64,000 nt of DNA from an uncultured Thermoplasmata archaeon (GCA_963719945.1 CAVRDX010000001.1:832001-896000), one strand, 5' to 3'; positions 1 to 10,760 are shown, numbered from the stretch's first letter. The notes: generated by a model not told the origin, from the sequence alone. Program-made: numbers and translations.

Positions 1-669
1 GAGCAGGAAGCCGATGTAATACTCTGGGATGGCGGCAACAACGACACTCCATTCTACTCAGCGGACCTTCACATCGTAGTGGCTGACCCGCACAGGGCAG
101 GCCACGGCAAGCTATACCACCCCGGTGAGACTAACATGAGGATGGCAGATGTCATCATCGTGAACAAGGTCGACACAGCGGACCCGAAGAATGTCGAGCT
201 CGTGAAAGAGGTTGCAAAGGAGCTCAACCCCAACGCGAAGGTCGTGTTGGCAGATTCACCTGTCACGGCAGAGAAGCCCGAGATGATCATGGGCAAGAGA
301 GTGCTCGTAATAGAGGACGGCCCTACAGTCACCCATGGAGACATGGCCTTCGGCGCAGGCCTTATAGCCGCCCAGAAATCCGGTGCAAAGGAGATCATAG
401 ACCCGAGGCCTTTCGCGGTCAACTCCATCAAGCAGACCTTCGAGAAGTACAAACATCTCGAGAAGGTACTTCCTGCGATGGGCTACGGAAACGAGCAGAT
501 CAAGGATCTCCAGGAGACCATCAACAGGGCGGACTGCGACTTGGTTGTCTCTGGGACACCGATCGACCTGAACAGGGTCCTGAAGGCTAACAAGCCCATT
601 GTCAGGGTCAGCTACGAACTCAAGATCAGGGAAGGAGCTTCTCTGGCAGACATACTGAAGCAATTCTGA
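1..669 (+). CDS. COG2403 P-loop protein (cyclic 2,3-diphosphoglycerate synthetase-like 'GTPase'; possibly arginine synthetase ArcE type), 5'-truncated
   Basis: Frame open from base 1: DVILWDGGNNDTPFY, DPHRAGH..YHPGETN.RMADV, NKVD, VIEDGPTVTHG.M.FGAG, LPAMGY. Confidence 0.75.
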   Translation, partial: EQEADVILWDGGNNDTPFYSADLHIVVADPHRAGHGKLYHPGETNMRMADVIIVNKVDTADPKNVELVKEVAKELNPNAKVVLADSPVTAEKPEMIMGKRVLVIEDGPTVTHGDMAFGAGLIAAQKSGAKEIIDPRPFAVNSIKQTFEKYKHLEKVLPAMGYGNEQIKDLQETINRADCDLVVSGTPIDLNRVLKANKPIVRVSYELKIREGASLADILKQF

Positions 670-710
670 CCTCGAAAAGGGTTAAGGAGCCCCTCGAAGA
701 TAGGGGCGCT

Positions 711-817
711 GCGGGAGTAGCTAAGCCTGGACAACAGCGCAGGACTTAAGACCCTCCAGATGAGGATAGGAAATCCTGTCTCGAAGGAGTCCGGGGGTTC
801 GAATCCCCTCTCCCGCA
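711..817 (+). tRNA. tRNA-Leu(TAA) with 22-nt intron (751-772) at 37/38
   Basis: Acceptor GCGGGAG/CTCCCGC, anticodon stem CAGGA/TCCTG, anticodon TAA 747-749, long variable arm, GTTCGAATCCC T-arm; BHB-like junction CTTA/TAGG with 3-nt bulges. Confidence 0.95.
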
Positions 818-838
818 CATTTTTCATTCATCCATCGG

Positions 839-2068
839 TCATGAGCGACTGATGAGCTCTCGGACCAGCTCGTAATAGGCATTGGCAGCCGGCCCCAACT
901 GGGCCACGCTTATAGCTTCTTCCGGCTGATGATAGCGAGCAAGTTTCCCAGTCTCTCCCGGGCCCATGCATATTGTAGGTATCTTGAGAGCATGGGCAAT
1001 CAGATTATCGTCCGCTTCTGATACACCACAAACTAGCGTTGGTTCAGTGCCGACTATTCCTTTTAGCACTTTGGAGGCCGCCTGTACCAGGGGAGAATTC
1101 GCAGGGGTCATGTAGGGATGGTATAGCTCCTTGGGGTCTGTGTTCAACCGCAAGCTGACCTTGCTTTTCAAGCCGAGGCGGTCTATGACAGAAACGAACT
1201 CGTCGCTGATGTCTACCTTGCCCCCCGGTATGGTGCATCTGACAACCCGTATGGAACACTTCTCAGGAACGCTCAGGCTCCACGAACCACCGGATATTCT
1301 GAGCACAGTCTGAGACTCCGATAACGGTCGCAGCTCGTCTGAGAGGACACCGTCAGTCTTGCTCATCGGCATGTCAGAGATGGCGGTTACAACCTTCGAA
1401 GCGTCCTCGATGGCATTCACGCCCCTGTGCGGTATTGCTCCGTGCGAAGATATGCCTTGGACATCGATATCGTAATATGACCCGCCCCTTCTGCCGATCG
1501 TGGCCACCTTTAGCCCGCCGAAACCTTCGCCGACTATTACAGCGGAGGCACCGTCGAGCTCTCCAGATTCTATCAATTTCCTGGTCCCGTCTCCAAGCCG
1601 TTCCTCGCCGGACACCGCCTGGAAACACACATGTGCATGATCCGCCAAATCGGATTCCGCCAGATGTCGGAATGCAAGCATCATGGCGGCCAGACCACAT
1701 TTCATATCAAGAGAGCCGAGACCGTACAGAAACCCGTCTTCGACAACAGCTCCGAACGGGTCGTGCCGCCATCCATTCATGACCTCAACGGTATCCATAT
1801 GACCAGTGAGTACGATCTTTGGATTGGATCTTGAACCGAAAGATGCGATGACGTCAGGACCATGATCTGCAACATCTATCTTCTTGGTAGTGAAACCGTT
1901 CTCCTCCAACCATGAACCAATGAATCCTGCGATAGCCGCTTCCTTGCCATACATACTCGGTATCTGTATGAGCCTCTTGGAAAGGTCCAGCACGTCTCCG
2001 CCTTCGATAGTCTTCTGCGTGGCCACGAACAACAACTCCGATGAGATCGTCGAGACGACTGTCCTCAT
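839..2068 (-). CDS. M20 family metallohydrolase (ArgE/DapE-like)
   Basis: GHMDTV, LYGLGSLDMKCG, GEE, GE, SHGA.P..GVNAI, YHQPEE; true start may be about 25 codons downstream. Confidence 0.9.
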   Translation of the reverse strand: MRTVVSTISSELLFVATQKTIEGGDVLDLSKRLIQIPSMYGKEAAIAGFIGSWLEENGFTTKKIDVADHGPDVIASFGSRSNPKIVLTGHMDTVEVMNGWRHDPFGAVVEDGFLYGLGSLDMKCGLAAMMLAFRHLAESDLADHAHVCFQAVSGEERLGDGTRKLIESGELDGASAVIVGEGFGGLKVATIGRRGGSYYDIDVQGISSHGAIPHRGVNAIEDASKVVTAISDMPMSKTDGVLSDELRPLSESQTVLRISGGSWSLSVPEKCSIRVVRCTIPGGKVDISDEFVSVIDRLGLKSKVSLRLNTDPKELYHPYMTPANSPLVQAASKVLKGIVGTEPTLVCGVSEADDNLIAHALKIPTICMGPGETGKLARYHQPEEAISVAQLGPAANAYYELVRELISRS

Positions 2069-2181
2069 GCGACTTTAACCTTACTCAAAGAAAAGACATT
2101 CAGATTACATTCAGATAATTGGGTAATAACCAAGTATCATCAGCCCATTTACACGAGCGCATACCAGTTCGAGGGACCATC

Positions 2182-3795
2182 ATGACGGAGATATCTGAGG
2201 AGACGTCAACGAAGATCGAGGAATATCTGAGCAAGTGGATGGCATTCAACGGCACCCCTGGACTCTCGATGGCAATAACGGACAGAGACAAGACGATGGC
2301 TACATTCTGCACCGGAGAGGCAGATATTTCGAGCCATCAGCCAGTATCCCCCAAGACGCTTTTCCAGATAGGGTCGGTCAGCAAATCGTTCACGTGCATA
2401 GCCATACTTCAGCTCGTGGAGAAGGGCATCATCGACATCAACGAGAAGATCACCACATATCTTCCATGGTTCCGGACGAGGTCGGGATATGATGAAATAA
2501 CCCTCCATCATCTGATGACACATACCTCGGGCCTGATGATTGGATCGGACACCATTCCGACTGCAGAATCAGAGGTATGGTCACTCCGATTTTCAGATGC
2601 CACTTCTCCGAAGGGATCCTATTTTCACTACTCAAATTCCGCGTACAAGACACTGGGAGTGATGTTGGAGACCGTAACAGGCGGCAGCTACGATACGATT
2701 TTGAATGATCACATAATGCGCCCGCTGGCGATGGGATCGACCGAACCGGTCATCAATAACGGTTCGAGAGGACTTCTGGCAGTCGGATACACACCATTGC
2801 ATGATGATAGACCGTTCATCGCAGGCTCAGAGTTGGCGCCGGCCACTTGGTTCGAGAGCAACACAGCCGATGGATCAATATCATCCACAGGAACTGACAT
2901 GTGCATCTACATGCGCATGCTGCTCAACCAAGGCAGACATCCAGAGGGAAGAATCCTCTCAGACGAAAGCTTTCGGAAGATGACTTCGCCATTCGTGGAC
3001 ACCAACGATGGAGTCCATGGACGGAACTACGGATACGGACTCAATATAGAGGATATCGACGGCAACCTATGCCTAGGGCATCAGGGAGGGATGGTCGGTT
3101 ATTACACGTCGATGCTCATGGATACCGTGAACGGCGTCGGAGTGATCGTTATGATAAACGGTCCTGGTGAACCATATGAGGTGGCCAAGGCGGTGCTAGG
3201 GATCGTGGTGTCTGGTAGAGAGGGGGAATCCCCAGTACCAAAGGACCCGATCAAGATCAGAAACCCGATGGATTGGCCTGGCAGATTCACCTCAAAGGAC
3301 GGAGCGATTGAGTTCGTCACCAGGGACGGAGAGGTCTTCCTAAGAAGTGAGGGAGAGGAGCATCAGATGACCGAGATCGATGTAGACCTCATCTATGTAA
3401 ACACGATCAAGACAGAATTGTTCCCGTTCAGACTGGTGAGGAAAGAGAACAAGGTCGTTGGGGTGACTCACGGACCATCTGAATACTCCAAGCATGGAGA
3501 AGAGATTCCATCTGGCATCACACCACATGAGGAGTGGAAAGCATATTCGGGGCATTATAGATCGCACAATCCGTGGCTGAACAACTTCAGAATCGTGCTC
3601 AGGCATTCAGGATTGGTCATGATATCCCCAGGCGGACAAGAGGAACCGTTGATTCAACTGAATGACGGTGAGTTCCGGATAGGCGCAGACCCAAGGTCCC
3701 CTGAGAGGATATCTTTCGACGCTATCGTCGAAGGCAGAGCGCTCATTTCGAACATGTCGATCGGGGGTACATACGGCAGGGCTTTCACTTCCTAG
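2182..3795 (+). CDS. Serine hydrolase, beta-lactamase class C/PBP family, with C-terminal beta domains
   Basis: FQIGSVSK (SxxK), LMTHTSGL, YSN, GHQGG; GAGGG upstream of ATG 2182. Confidence 0.9.
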   Translation: MTEISEETSTKIEEYLSKWMAFNGTPGLSMAITDRDKTMATFCTGEADISSHQPVSPKTLFQIGSVSKSFTCIAILQLVEKGIIDINEKITTYLPWFRTRSGYDEITLHHLMTHTSGLMIGSDTIPTAESEVWSLRFSDATSPKGSYFHYSNSAYKTLGVMLETVTGGSYDTILNDHIMRPLAMGSTEPVINNGSRGLLAVGYTPLHDDRPFIAGSELAPATWFESNTADGSISSTGTDMCIYMRMLLNQGRHPEGRILSDESFRKMTSPFVDTNDGVHGRNYGYGLNIEDIDGNLCLGHQGGMVGYYTSMLMDTVNGVGVIVMINGPGEPYEVAKAVLGIVVSGREGESPVPKDPIKIRNPMDWPGRFTSKDGAIEFVTRDGEVFLRSEGEEHQMTEIDVDLIYVNTIKTELFPFRLVRKENKVVGVTHGPSEYSKHGEEIPSGITPHEEWKAYSGHYRSHNPWLNNFRIVLRHSGLVMISPGGQEEPLIQLNDGEFRIGADPRSPERISFDAIVEGRALISNMSIGGTYGRAFTS

Positions 3796-6700
3796 CAGCA
3801 CCTAGGTCCCTGAACTTGCCAGGCGGAACAACGATTTCGAACCTCGCCCCTTTGCCGTATTCACCTACTTCTTGTATCGTGATATTGGTCATACTTAGGA
3901 TTTCACGGCACAGGAACAACCCAAGACCGGTATTGCGTCCATATCCCTTGTCGAATATGAGTTCTTTCGATTCCGGAAGAACTCCAGCTCCATCATCCTC
4001 ATACGTGATGAAAAGACGCTTCCCTCTGATGACGGCATGAACGCCAATTCTATTCACATTCTTCCCATGACGCAATGAATTGTCGATGAGATTGAACATC
4101 ACCTTCTCAAACATGGGATCCGCCCAGATCTCGATATTGCCTAAGTCTTGTTCGACTCTAACATCACCGATGTCGAGCGAGCTCAACGCGCCTGCGAGGT
4201 CGAGTCGCATATGAACCCATTCGGGAGCCTTCGTCCCGGCCTTCTGATATGAACCAGCGAACTCCAGCTGCATGATGACTGTTGAACAGGCATCCCTGGC
4301 CAAACGATGATGATTGATCCTATCTCTTTCGTTCTTATCGTCCTCCATGAGTGTGAGTGCACCCATGATTATGCCTATCTGATTCATCACATCGTGACGG
4401 GTGATACTGCCCATGAGATTCAGCTTCTCGTTAGCCAGTCTCAGCGCTTCCTCCGCCTGCTTCCTGGCAGTGATGTCCATCACGATGCCCTGGTGGTAAT
4501 CGATGCCGCCCTTGTCTCCAGGACGGACAGTCGTTCGATCATCAACCCAGCGAACGTTTCCATCCTTCGTGATGACCCTATATTCAAGAGTGAACTCGCG
4601 ATCCGAATTCTTATGATGATCCATCAGCTCCCCGAGGATTCGCCCACGGTCTTCTGGCAGGATAATCGATGAATAGGATGGATTACCAGCGAGCAGCTCA
4701 GAAGGCGGATAGCCGAACTGTCGAACGCTATTGGTCACGAACTGAACTTTCCTCTCGCCATCGAAGGTCCATCGGAATACCACTGCAGGGCTAGCGTTGA
4801 CAATCGTCTCCAACTCCTCGAGGCTCGCCATGACGGTCCGCAAGGCATCCTCAGCCATCTTCCGCTCGGTCGTATCACGGGCGATCGCCAGCAGTGCAGG
4901 TCTCCCAGAATAATCGATCAGTCTGACATTGATCTCAAGAGGCAGCTCAGATCCATCTTTGCGAATCAGGACGAACTCATATGAATCTTCACCGATTGAT
5001 TCAATCTTATCCCGACGCTCATTGAATGAAGATGCCAAATCTGGCCTTTCGAGATCGAAGATTGTCTTTGTCATCAGCTCATATCGCGAATAGCCTGTAG
5101 ATGTGACCGCTGTCATGTTCACATCGAGGAATCGTCCGTCCAAGTCGATTATGAATATACCATCGCTCGCATTGTCGAATAGCGTTCTGTATTTCCGTTC
5201 AGATTCGGAAACCTGTTCCTCGGCCTCTTTCCGACTAGTTATGTCAAAGATAACTCCATGGAGACGAACGACAGCACCCTCAATATCTCGCACAGCGGTT
5301 GTCCGCTCGTCCACCCAACGGATTTCGCCAGTCGTGGTCATTATCCTGTATTCGTGATGCCAATTGCGAATTCCCTTGCCCGTCTTGCTTCTTATCTCGG
5401 CCTCCAATCGAATGACGTCATCTGGATGGATCAGATCGGAGTATTTCAAGCGACCAGACAGCAAATCATCCTGGGAATAGCCAAATCGAGATATGTTCTT
5501 GGAAACGAATCGAACTGGCCAGCCAGGTTGATCTGACCAAATAAGGACCGTCACCGGGCTCGAATCTATTATTTCGTCAATCTCCTCTAGTCTAGCCATA
5601 GTATCGCGAAGCGCCTGCTCGGTCTTTCTCCGCTCAGTGATGTCGAAGCCAATGAACACGGCATCAGATTCCCCACCAAGAAGCATCCTGCTTATCTGCC
5701 ACGAAACAAACTTCTCCTCACCGGTCTTCGACCTCATCGAAGCCTCGAGATAAGGGACGGATGGTTCATTCCAGATTCGTTCATCACCAAGGATGCTGAA
5801 CATCGAAGTCTCAGATGATTCATCCGCGAAAACATCGCGCCAGTTTCGACCCTGGACATCATCACGCAGATATCCTGTGAGTTTCTCAGCTTCATCGTTG
5901 AAAAATCGAATTAGTCCATCGTTCTGAACTGCGACCACGATAGCGTTCGCATTCTGTATCAGATTCTCTGCGTGTTCCTTCGCCATCCGGAGCAGATTCT
6001 CTGCAGTTTTGCCCTCCGTGATGTCGAGGATCACACCCTGAACGAGATATGGTCGACCGCTCTCATCAACCACATTATTCGCGATTTCGTGCACCCATCT
6101 GATAGCACCATCCTTTCTCACTATTCGATAAAGCCGACTCTCAGAGTGGCCGGGAGTCGCCTTGAACTTATCAGCGAGTTCATGGAGAGACCGCACATCA
6201 TCTGGATGGACCAACTGATCCCATCGCAATCGAGACGCGGTGAAATCTTCCAGAGGGTAGCCAGTGATCTCCTCTACAGGACCATGCATGAATCTAGTTT
6301 CGAAATCCAGATTACCCTGGTAAGAAATCCCTGGAAACTGTTGGACAAAAGTCCGATACATGTCCTCGTTCGTCCTCAGAGACTCCTCCGCCCTCCACCT
6401 ACGCACAGACTCACGTAAGATTGTCGGGAGAATTGAACGAACCATTGCATCAGTGGTGTCTGATCTGATGTATGCATCAGGTCCGTCCTCAGATAGACCC
6501 GTGTCAGAGCCCACCGGTACCTCGGATGCTAATGCGATGAATGGAATGTGCCCATACTGGCCTCTGACGGACCTTAACAGGCGATGGCCATCGATTTCTG
6601 ATACGGAATAATCACATAGGACTGCGTCAAAACCTGATGTGGCCAACTCTCTGAGTGCCTCGTCCTCGGAAGATGCACGCACAAGCTCAAGCCCAGGAAT

Positions 6701-6823
6701 CATCTCGATAAGTCGCATGCGCATCTCGTTGAAGCATCTGTCATCACATACGCATAGAACTCGAACGGTGCCAAGATTGGCAACACCCGATTCGATGATC
6801 TCTGCATCGTTTTCACGGACCAT
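3785..6823 (-). CDS. Sensor histidine kinase: degenerate REC, about 5 PAS/PAC, HisKA, HATPase
   Basis: Repeated HPDD/RWV/DITERK PAS-PAC motifs; ITRHDVMNQ H-box; NLIDNS, EDDGAG, GLGL. Confidence 0.92.
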   Translation of the reverse strand: MVRENDAEIIESGVANLGTVRVLCVCDDRCFNEMRMRLIEMIPGLELVRASSEDEALRELATSGFDAVLCDYSVSEIDGHRLLRSVRGQYGHIPFIALASEVPVGSDTGLSEDGPDAYIRSDTTDAMVRSILPTILRESVRRWRAEESLRTNEDMYRTFVQQFPGISYQGNLDFETRFMHGPVEEITGYPLEDFTASRLRWDQLVHPDDVRSLHELADKFKATPGHSESRLYRIVRKDGAIRWVHEIANNVVDESGRPYLVQGVILDITEGKTAENLLRMAKEHAENLIQNANAIVVAVQNDGLIRFFNDEAEKLTGYLRDDVQGRNWRDVFADESSETSMFSILGDERIWNEPSVPYLEASMRSKTGEEKFVSWQISRMLLGGESDAVFIGFDITERRKTEQALRDTMARLEEIDEIIDSSPVTVLIWSDQPGWPVRFVSKNISRFGYSQDDLLSGRLKYSDLIHPDDVIRLEAEIRSKTGKGIRNWHHEYRIMTTTGEIRWVDERTTAVRDIEGAVVRLHGVIFDITSRKEAEEQVSESERKYRTLFDNASDGIFIIDLDGRFLDVNMTAVTSTGYSRYELMTKTIFDLERPDLASSFNERRDKIESIGEDSYEFVLIRKDGSELPLEINVRLIDYSGRPALLAIARDTTERKMAEDALRTVMASLEELETIVNASPAVVFRWTFDGERKVQFVTNSVRQFGYPPSELLAGNPSYSSIILPEDRGRILGELMDHHKNSDREFTLEYRVITKDGNVRWVDDRTTVRPGDKGGIDYHQGIVMDITARKQAEEALRLANEKLNLMGSITRHDVMNQIGIIMGALTLMEDDKNERDRINHHRLARDACSTVIMQLEFAGSYQKAGTKAPEWVHMRLDLAGALSSLDIGDVRVEQDLGNIEIWADPMFEKVMFNLIDNSLRHGKNVNRIGVHAVIRGKRLFITYEDDGAGVLPESKELIFDKGYGRNTGLGLFLCREILSMTNITIQEVGEYGKGARFEIVVPPGKFRDLGAARK

Positions 6824-7025
6824 TGTCCTCCGAGTACAATCATGGAGTCATGGTATCAAACTTTCGCACCGAAACTCTGCTTTTGAAAATAGACCGTATC
6901 CTGCACGGTGATTGATCCAGCTGTAACCTAAGATATCTCCGGAGAGCTAACTCATCAATAGATGGAGACTCCGGATAGGTCTGACATTCCGCACTGGCAC
7001 CAATGCCCATCCATAGAGAATTGAT

Positions 7026-7175
7026 CTATCGGCGGATCATATGAGTGTAATGGCATTCGGGACACTCGAGTACCTTGCCATTTGCCTCCACCAGCTTCAC
7101 GTGCTTCTTATGCTTCTCACATTCAGGGCACATAGTGTCCTTCTCAGATTTCTTCATATAATCGAATATCCCCAT
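7026..7175 (-). CDS. 49-aa zinc-ribbon microprotein (two CPEC motifs)
   Basis: MGIFDYMKKSEKDTMCPECEKHKKHVKLVEANGKVLECPECHYTHMIRR; GGTGA SD before ATG. Confidence 0.7.
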   Translation of the reverse strand: MGIFDYMKKSEKDTMCPECEKHKKHVKLVEANGKVLECPECHYTHMIRR

Positions 7176-7242
7176 GAAATCACCCGTTAAAGTATCCGTG
7201 ACTTCAGTATATAATCTTGTGACGTGCAGGTTTGGTTTTGCC

Positions 7243-7980
7243 TCATACGGAGTGCGCTGCTTCAATCACATGCTCGAGCCGAGACTCATAAGCGCCATTC
7301 TCAACGAGGGTCCCAGTCACGATGATATCTCCACCAGCCCTCAGAACGGATGCAGCATGTTCCGAAGAAGTTATTCCGCCACCTATTATGATCGGGATCC
7401 GGACACTCTCCCTCACGGCCCTGATCATTTCGCTCGGAACGGGTTCAGGCGCTCCTGATCCCGCCTCCAAGTAGAGAAGATCCATGCCCAACATCTCGGC
7501 GGTCAAGGCATATCCGATTGCCGTCTTGATATCGCCTCGGGAGACGAGGTCTGCTTCCCCGACCTCACCCACTTTCATGCCAGGGTCCACGATGATATAA
7601 CCCATGGATATCGTCTCGAGTCCGAGTCTTCTGATCGCCGGTGCACCCTTTGACTGTTCCCCGGTGACATTCCGTACATTGCGCGAATTCAACATGCTCA
7701 TGAAGTATATCGCATCGCATTTCTGGGCGATGGCATTGGCTCCTGAAGGGAAGTAGATCACCGGAAGGCTCGTCACGCCCTTTATGCACTCAATCGTCTT
7801 ATCGAGTTTCTCCTGCGTGATCCCAGTCGATCCTCCGACCATTATCGCATCCGTCTTGAACGCCGCCGCTCGCTCTGCGATTTTGGCGGACGCCTCGGGC
7901 AGCTGTTTATCCGGGTCAATCAGCGTCATATGCATCTTGTGATCATTCAATGTCTCGAGGATGTATTGTTTGACGCTCAG
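7243..7980 (-). CDS. Geranylgeranylglyceryl phosphate synthase (GGGPS, group II)
   Basis: HMTLIDPDK, IMVGGS, FPSG, YLEAGSGA, IIGGGI, IVTGT; probable CTG start at 7980 overlapping the upstream TGA. Confidence 0.93.
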   Translation of the reverse strand: MSVKQYILETLNDHKMHMTLIDPDKQLPEASAKIAERAAAFKTDAIMVGGSTGITQEKLDKTIECIKGVTSLPVIYFPSGANAIAQKCDAIYFMSMLNSRNVRNVTGEQSKGAPAIRRLGLETISMGYIIVDPGMKVGEVGEADLVSRGDIKTAIGYALTAEMLGMDLLYLEAGSGAPEPVPSEMIRAVRESVRIPIIIGGGITSSEHAASVLRAGGDIIVTGTLVENGAYESRLEHVIEAAHSV

Positions 7981-8825
7981 ATTATCCCTCCGAAAAGGAA
8001 TGCGATCAATGCGACAAGCATGGCCAGCTTGGCCACCTTCTGACCTCTTTTTGGGTCGGCGAAATGAACCATAGCGCAATATATAAAGATTGCATCCGAA
8101 ACAAGCACGATGGGCACATAGTATATCGACAGGAGCTCCTGCAGATAGGGAACCGGACTGAGCAGCACGGCACCGATGAACGACAACGATGCCGCGAATC
8201 CTGCCTTCCGTACTCCAATCCTCATCGGCAGAGTGAGTCGGACCCCTTTATCGCCCTCCACATCCTGAATGTCCTTTATGACCTCTCTACCTAGCGTTGC
8301 CAGGAACGCCAACGCAGCCAATATCCATGCGACTTCCATCCGCCCCACCGCTGCGCCACCGAATAGGAAGAGAGCACCTGTCAGCCAACTGATTGCGAGG
8401 TTGCCCGCAATCCCTTCGCGCTTCAGGCTCACCTCGTATGAAATCATGAATAGTATCGATGTGAGGACTATACCGAGGGACCATAGATTGATGAACGAGC
8501 TGAAGATGACCGCTATCGAGAAGAATACAATTGAGAGTATCAATGCGGATCGTGGCGATACCAACCCTTGGGGTATCGGGCGCTCAGGGTGCGCAGTCTT
8601 GTCGATATCCCGGTCGAAATAGTCGTTCAATGAATTGCCCGCGCCCGTGAAGAATATGACCACTAGCAATGAGAAGAGCACCTCCAATCCATAATCAAGT
8701 AACCCATCGGGACCCGCGCATATGATCGACGCGAGCAGTGTCCCCGCCGCACCCATAAGGCAATTCGCGGGCCGGAGCAGATGGAATAGACCCGTTATGG
8801 GATTCCGCTCAATCCGATTCGCCAT
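7977..8825 (-). CDS. Digeranylgeranylglyceryl phosphate synthase (UbiA family)
   Basis: LRPAN, NDYFDRDID..AHPERPIP, REVIKDIQDVEGD; multi-pass membrane protein; coupled to GGGPS. Confidence 0.92.
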   Translation of the reverse strand: MANRIERNPITGLFHLLRPANCLMGAAGTLLASIICAGPDGLLDYGLEVLFSLLVVIFFTGAGNSLNDYFDRDIDKTAHPERPIPQGLVSPRSALILSIVFFSIAVIFSSFINLWSLGIVLTSILFMISYEVSLKREGIAGNLAISWLTGALFLFGGAAVGRMEVAWILAALAFLATLGREVIKDIQDVEGDKGVRLTLPMRIGVRKAGFAASLSFIGAVLLSPVPYLQELLSIYYVPIVLVSDAIFIYCAMVHFADPKRGQKVAKLAMLVALIAFLFGGII

Positions 8826-8927
8826 CAATGATGTCAGATAATGCCCGGATATAAGACTTTTCTCAAATGCTGGCTGCGGGATTACGTACAAAGTCTTATG
8901 TAGTGATGCCATGTTGGGCAGAATACC

Positions 8928-10760
8928 ATGGTACAATCCGCCCCACCAGATGCTTCAAAAGAGATAGAATTTGTGAAGGGTCTGGTGGCCAGACACTTTC
9001 CTGTCTACGATGTTCGCATCAGCTATGACGTCGTGCAATTCTTCTGCAAGATTGACGAATCCATACTCGAAGCGGAATTTGAGACATTACGAGAGGAGAT
9101 GGCCCCTCACGGATTCATACCGATGGTCACCTACGAGAAGGGCGAGCACATAATCATGGTGGGGAGAAAGCCCCCGGCGAAGTACAAGAGCATCTACGTG
9201 AACCTGGCGATGTTGATCATCACATTCCTCGCGATGATGCTCGCTGGAGTCCTGGATTGGACTTCCTATGCAGATGTGCCTGGAAACGAGACTTTCTCCA
9301 TGGAAAATATACTCATGGGAACACTCGTGTTCACCTTGCCATTGATGGCCATCTTGGGAGTCCATGAGCTCGGCCACTTCTTTATGGCACGCAGGAGAAA
9401 GGTCGCCGCGTCACTGCCATTCTTCATACCTTCGATCCCACCATTGGGAACATTTGGAGCGTTCATATCCCTGAGGGACCCGATACCGAACCGGAAAACC
9501 CTATTGGAGATAGGTGTCGCAGGACCGCTTGCAGGATTGGCAGTAGCGATACCATTGGCAATCCTTGGCCTCATACTCACGAATGCAGAAGCTCGTCCTA
9601 TTCCAGAGGACCTGGGCACGGGCAGTGTGGCAAGCATCTCGTTTCCTATGATATACCTCTGGCTCGAACAATTATTCCCAATCAAAGGAGACTATCTCCT
9701 TCATCCGACTGCATTTGCAGCATGGGTAGGATTCCTCGTGACCGCCTTGAACCTCCTCCCTGCAGGTCAACTCGATGGCGGACACATCGCAAGGGCTCTC
9801 CTCGGCAACAAGGCCAAGTATGCGAGTTGGGTCACAATCATAGCACTAATCGCGATTTCGATGTTCTACATATCGTGGTTATTCTTCGCGATCCTGATAC
9901 TATTCTTGGGTTCGAAACACCCACCGCCCCTCAATGACATCAACAAGCTCGATCTCAAGAGGAAGGTCATTGGCGCTTTCGCGTTCGTCGTATTGATCAT
10001 CGCGTTCGTCCCTGTGCCCATGGCGATTATAACTCCAGATTACACATATGGCATGGAATCAATGGATGATTCGACGAACGTCACTATCATACCAGGCGAA
10101 TCCGTGATATTCACAATCTTCGTCGAGAATCTAGGCAACACGAAGAACAACATCTCATTCGAGAAGGCATCGTCACCCCAGGGGTGGGCTGTCTCGTTCA
10201 AATTATCCACCGACTCCGACGATGCATACTCTGAGGTCTACCCGCTCGTACTGAACAACTCGCAGAATGCCACGATGAACGTAATGATCGAGTCGGCTTC
10301 GAGCACTCCCATCGGCAACTACACGGTATCGATCGAAGGATCGGCACCGGCATCTGAAGAAGTAGCAAGCTATACGGGTTCAATGGACTTCCACTTCGAT
10401 GTCATCCTGCCATCATTGACATTCTCGCTGCAGGACGACGGACAGACGGTACCGATCGGATCCAGTGGCAATTATACGATCCAGGTCAACAACACTGGCA
10501 TCGTTGATGTCACGATAACCATATCCGTAAGAGACCTGCCAGCATATGTCGCTGCGGTGATCGGCGTTGTCGACTCAGAAGAATCGACCTGGACCTCAAC
10601 AAGCTTGGAGGTCACGGTCCCTGCGGAGGGAAACATCACACTCATAGCCGAGTTCATCGTATTGAATGATGCAACCCCGGGAACACAGTATGCAACTATA
10701 GAATCGACCTACCAGGACTTGCTGCTCGAAGAGACGATCATATCCATTGTAATCGAATGA
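8928..10760 (+). CDS. Site-2 protease (M50) with C-terminal Ig-like domains
   Basis: HELGH, GTFGAFI, AGPLAG, NLLPAGQLDGGH; acidic beta-rich C-terminal region of about 240 aa. Confidence 0.9.
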   Translation: MVQSAPPDASKEIEFVKGLVARHFPVYDVRISYDVVQFFCKIDESILEAEFETLREEMAPHGFIPMVTYEKGEHIIMVGRKPPAKYKSIYVNLAMLIITFLAMMLAGVLDWTSYADVPGNETFSMENILMGTLVFTLPLMAILGVHELGHFFMARRRKVAASLPFFIPSIPPLGTFGAFISLRDPIPNRKTLLEIGVAGPLAGLAVAIPLAILGLILTNAEARPIPEDLGTGSVASISFPMIYLWLEQLFPIKGDYLLHPTAFAAWVGFLVTALNLLPAGQLDGGHIARALLGNKAKYASWVTIIALIAISMFYISWLFFAILILFLGSKHPPPLNDINKLDLKRKVIGAFAFVVLIIAFVPVPMAIITPDYTYGMESMDDSTNVTIIPGESVIFTIFVENLGNTKNNISFEKASSPQGWAVSFKLSTDSDDAYSEVYPLVLNNSQNATMNVMIESASSTPIGNYTVSIEGSAPASEEVASYTGSMDFHFDVILPSLTFSLQDDGQTVPIGSSGNYTIQVNNTGIVDVTITISVRDLPAYVAAVIGVVDSEESTWTSTSLEVTVPAEGNITLIAEFIVLNDATPGTQYATIESTYQDLLLEETIISIVIE

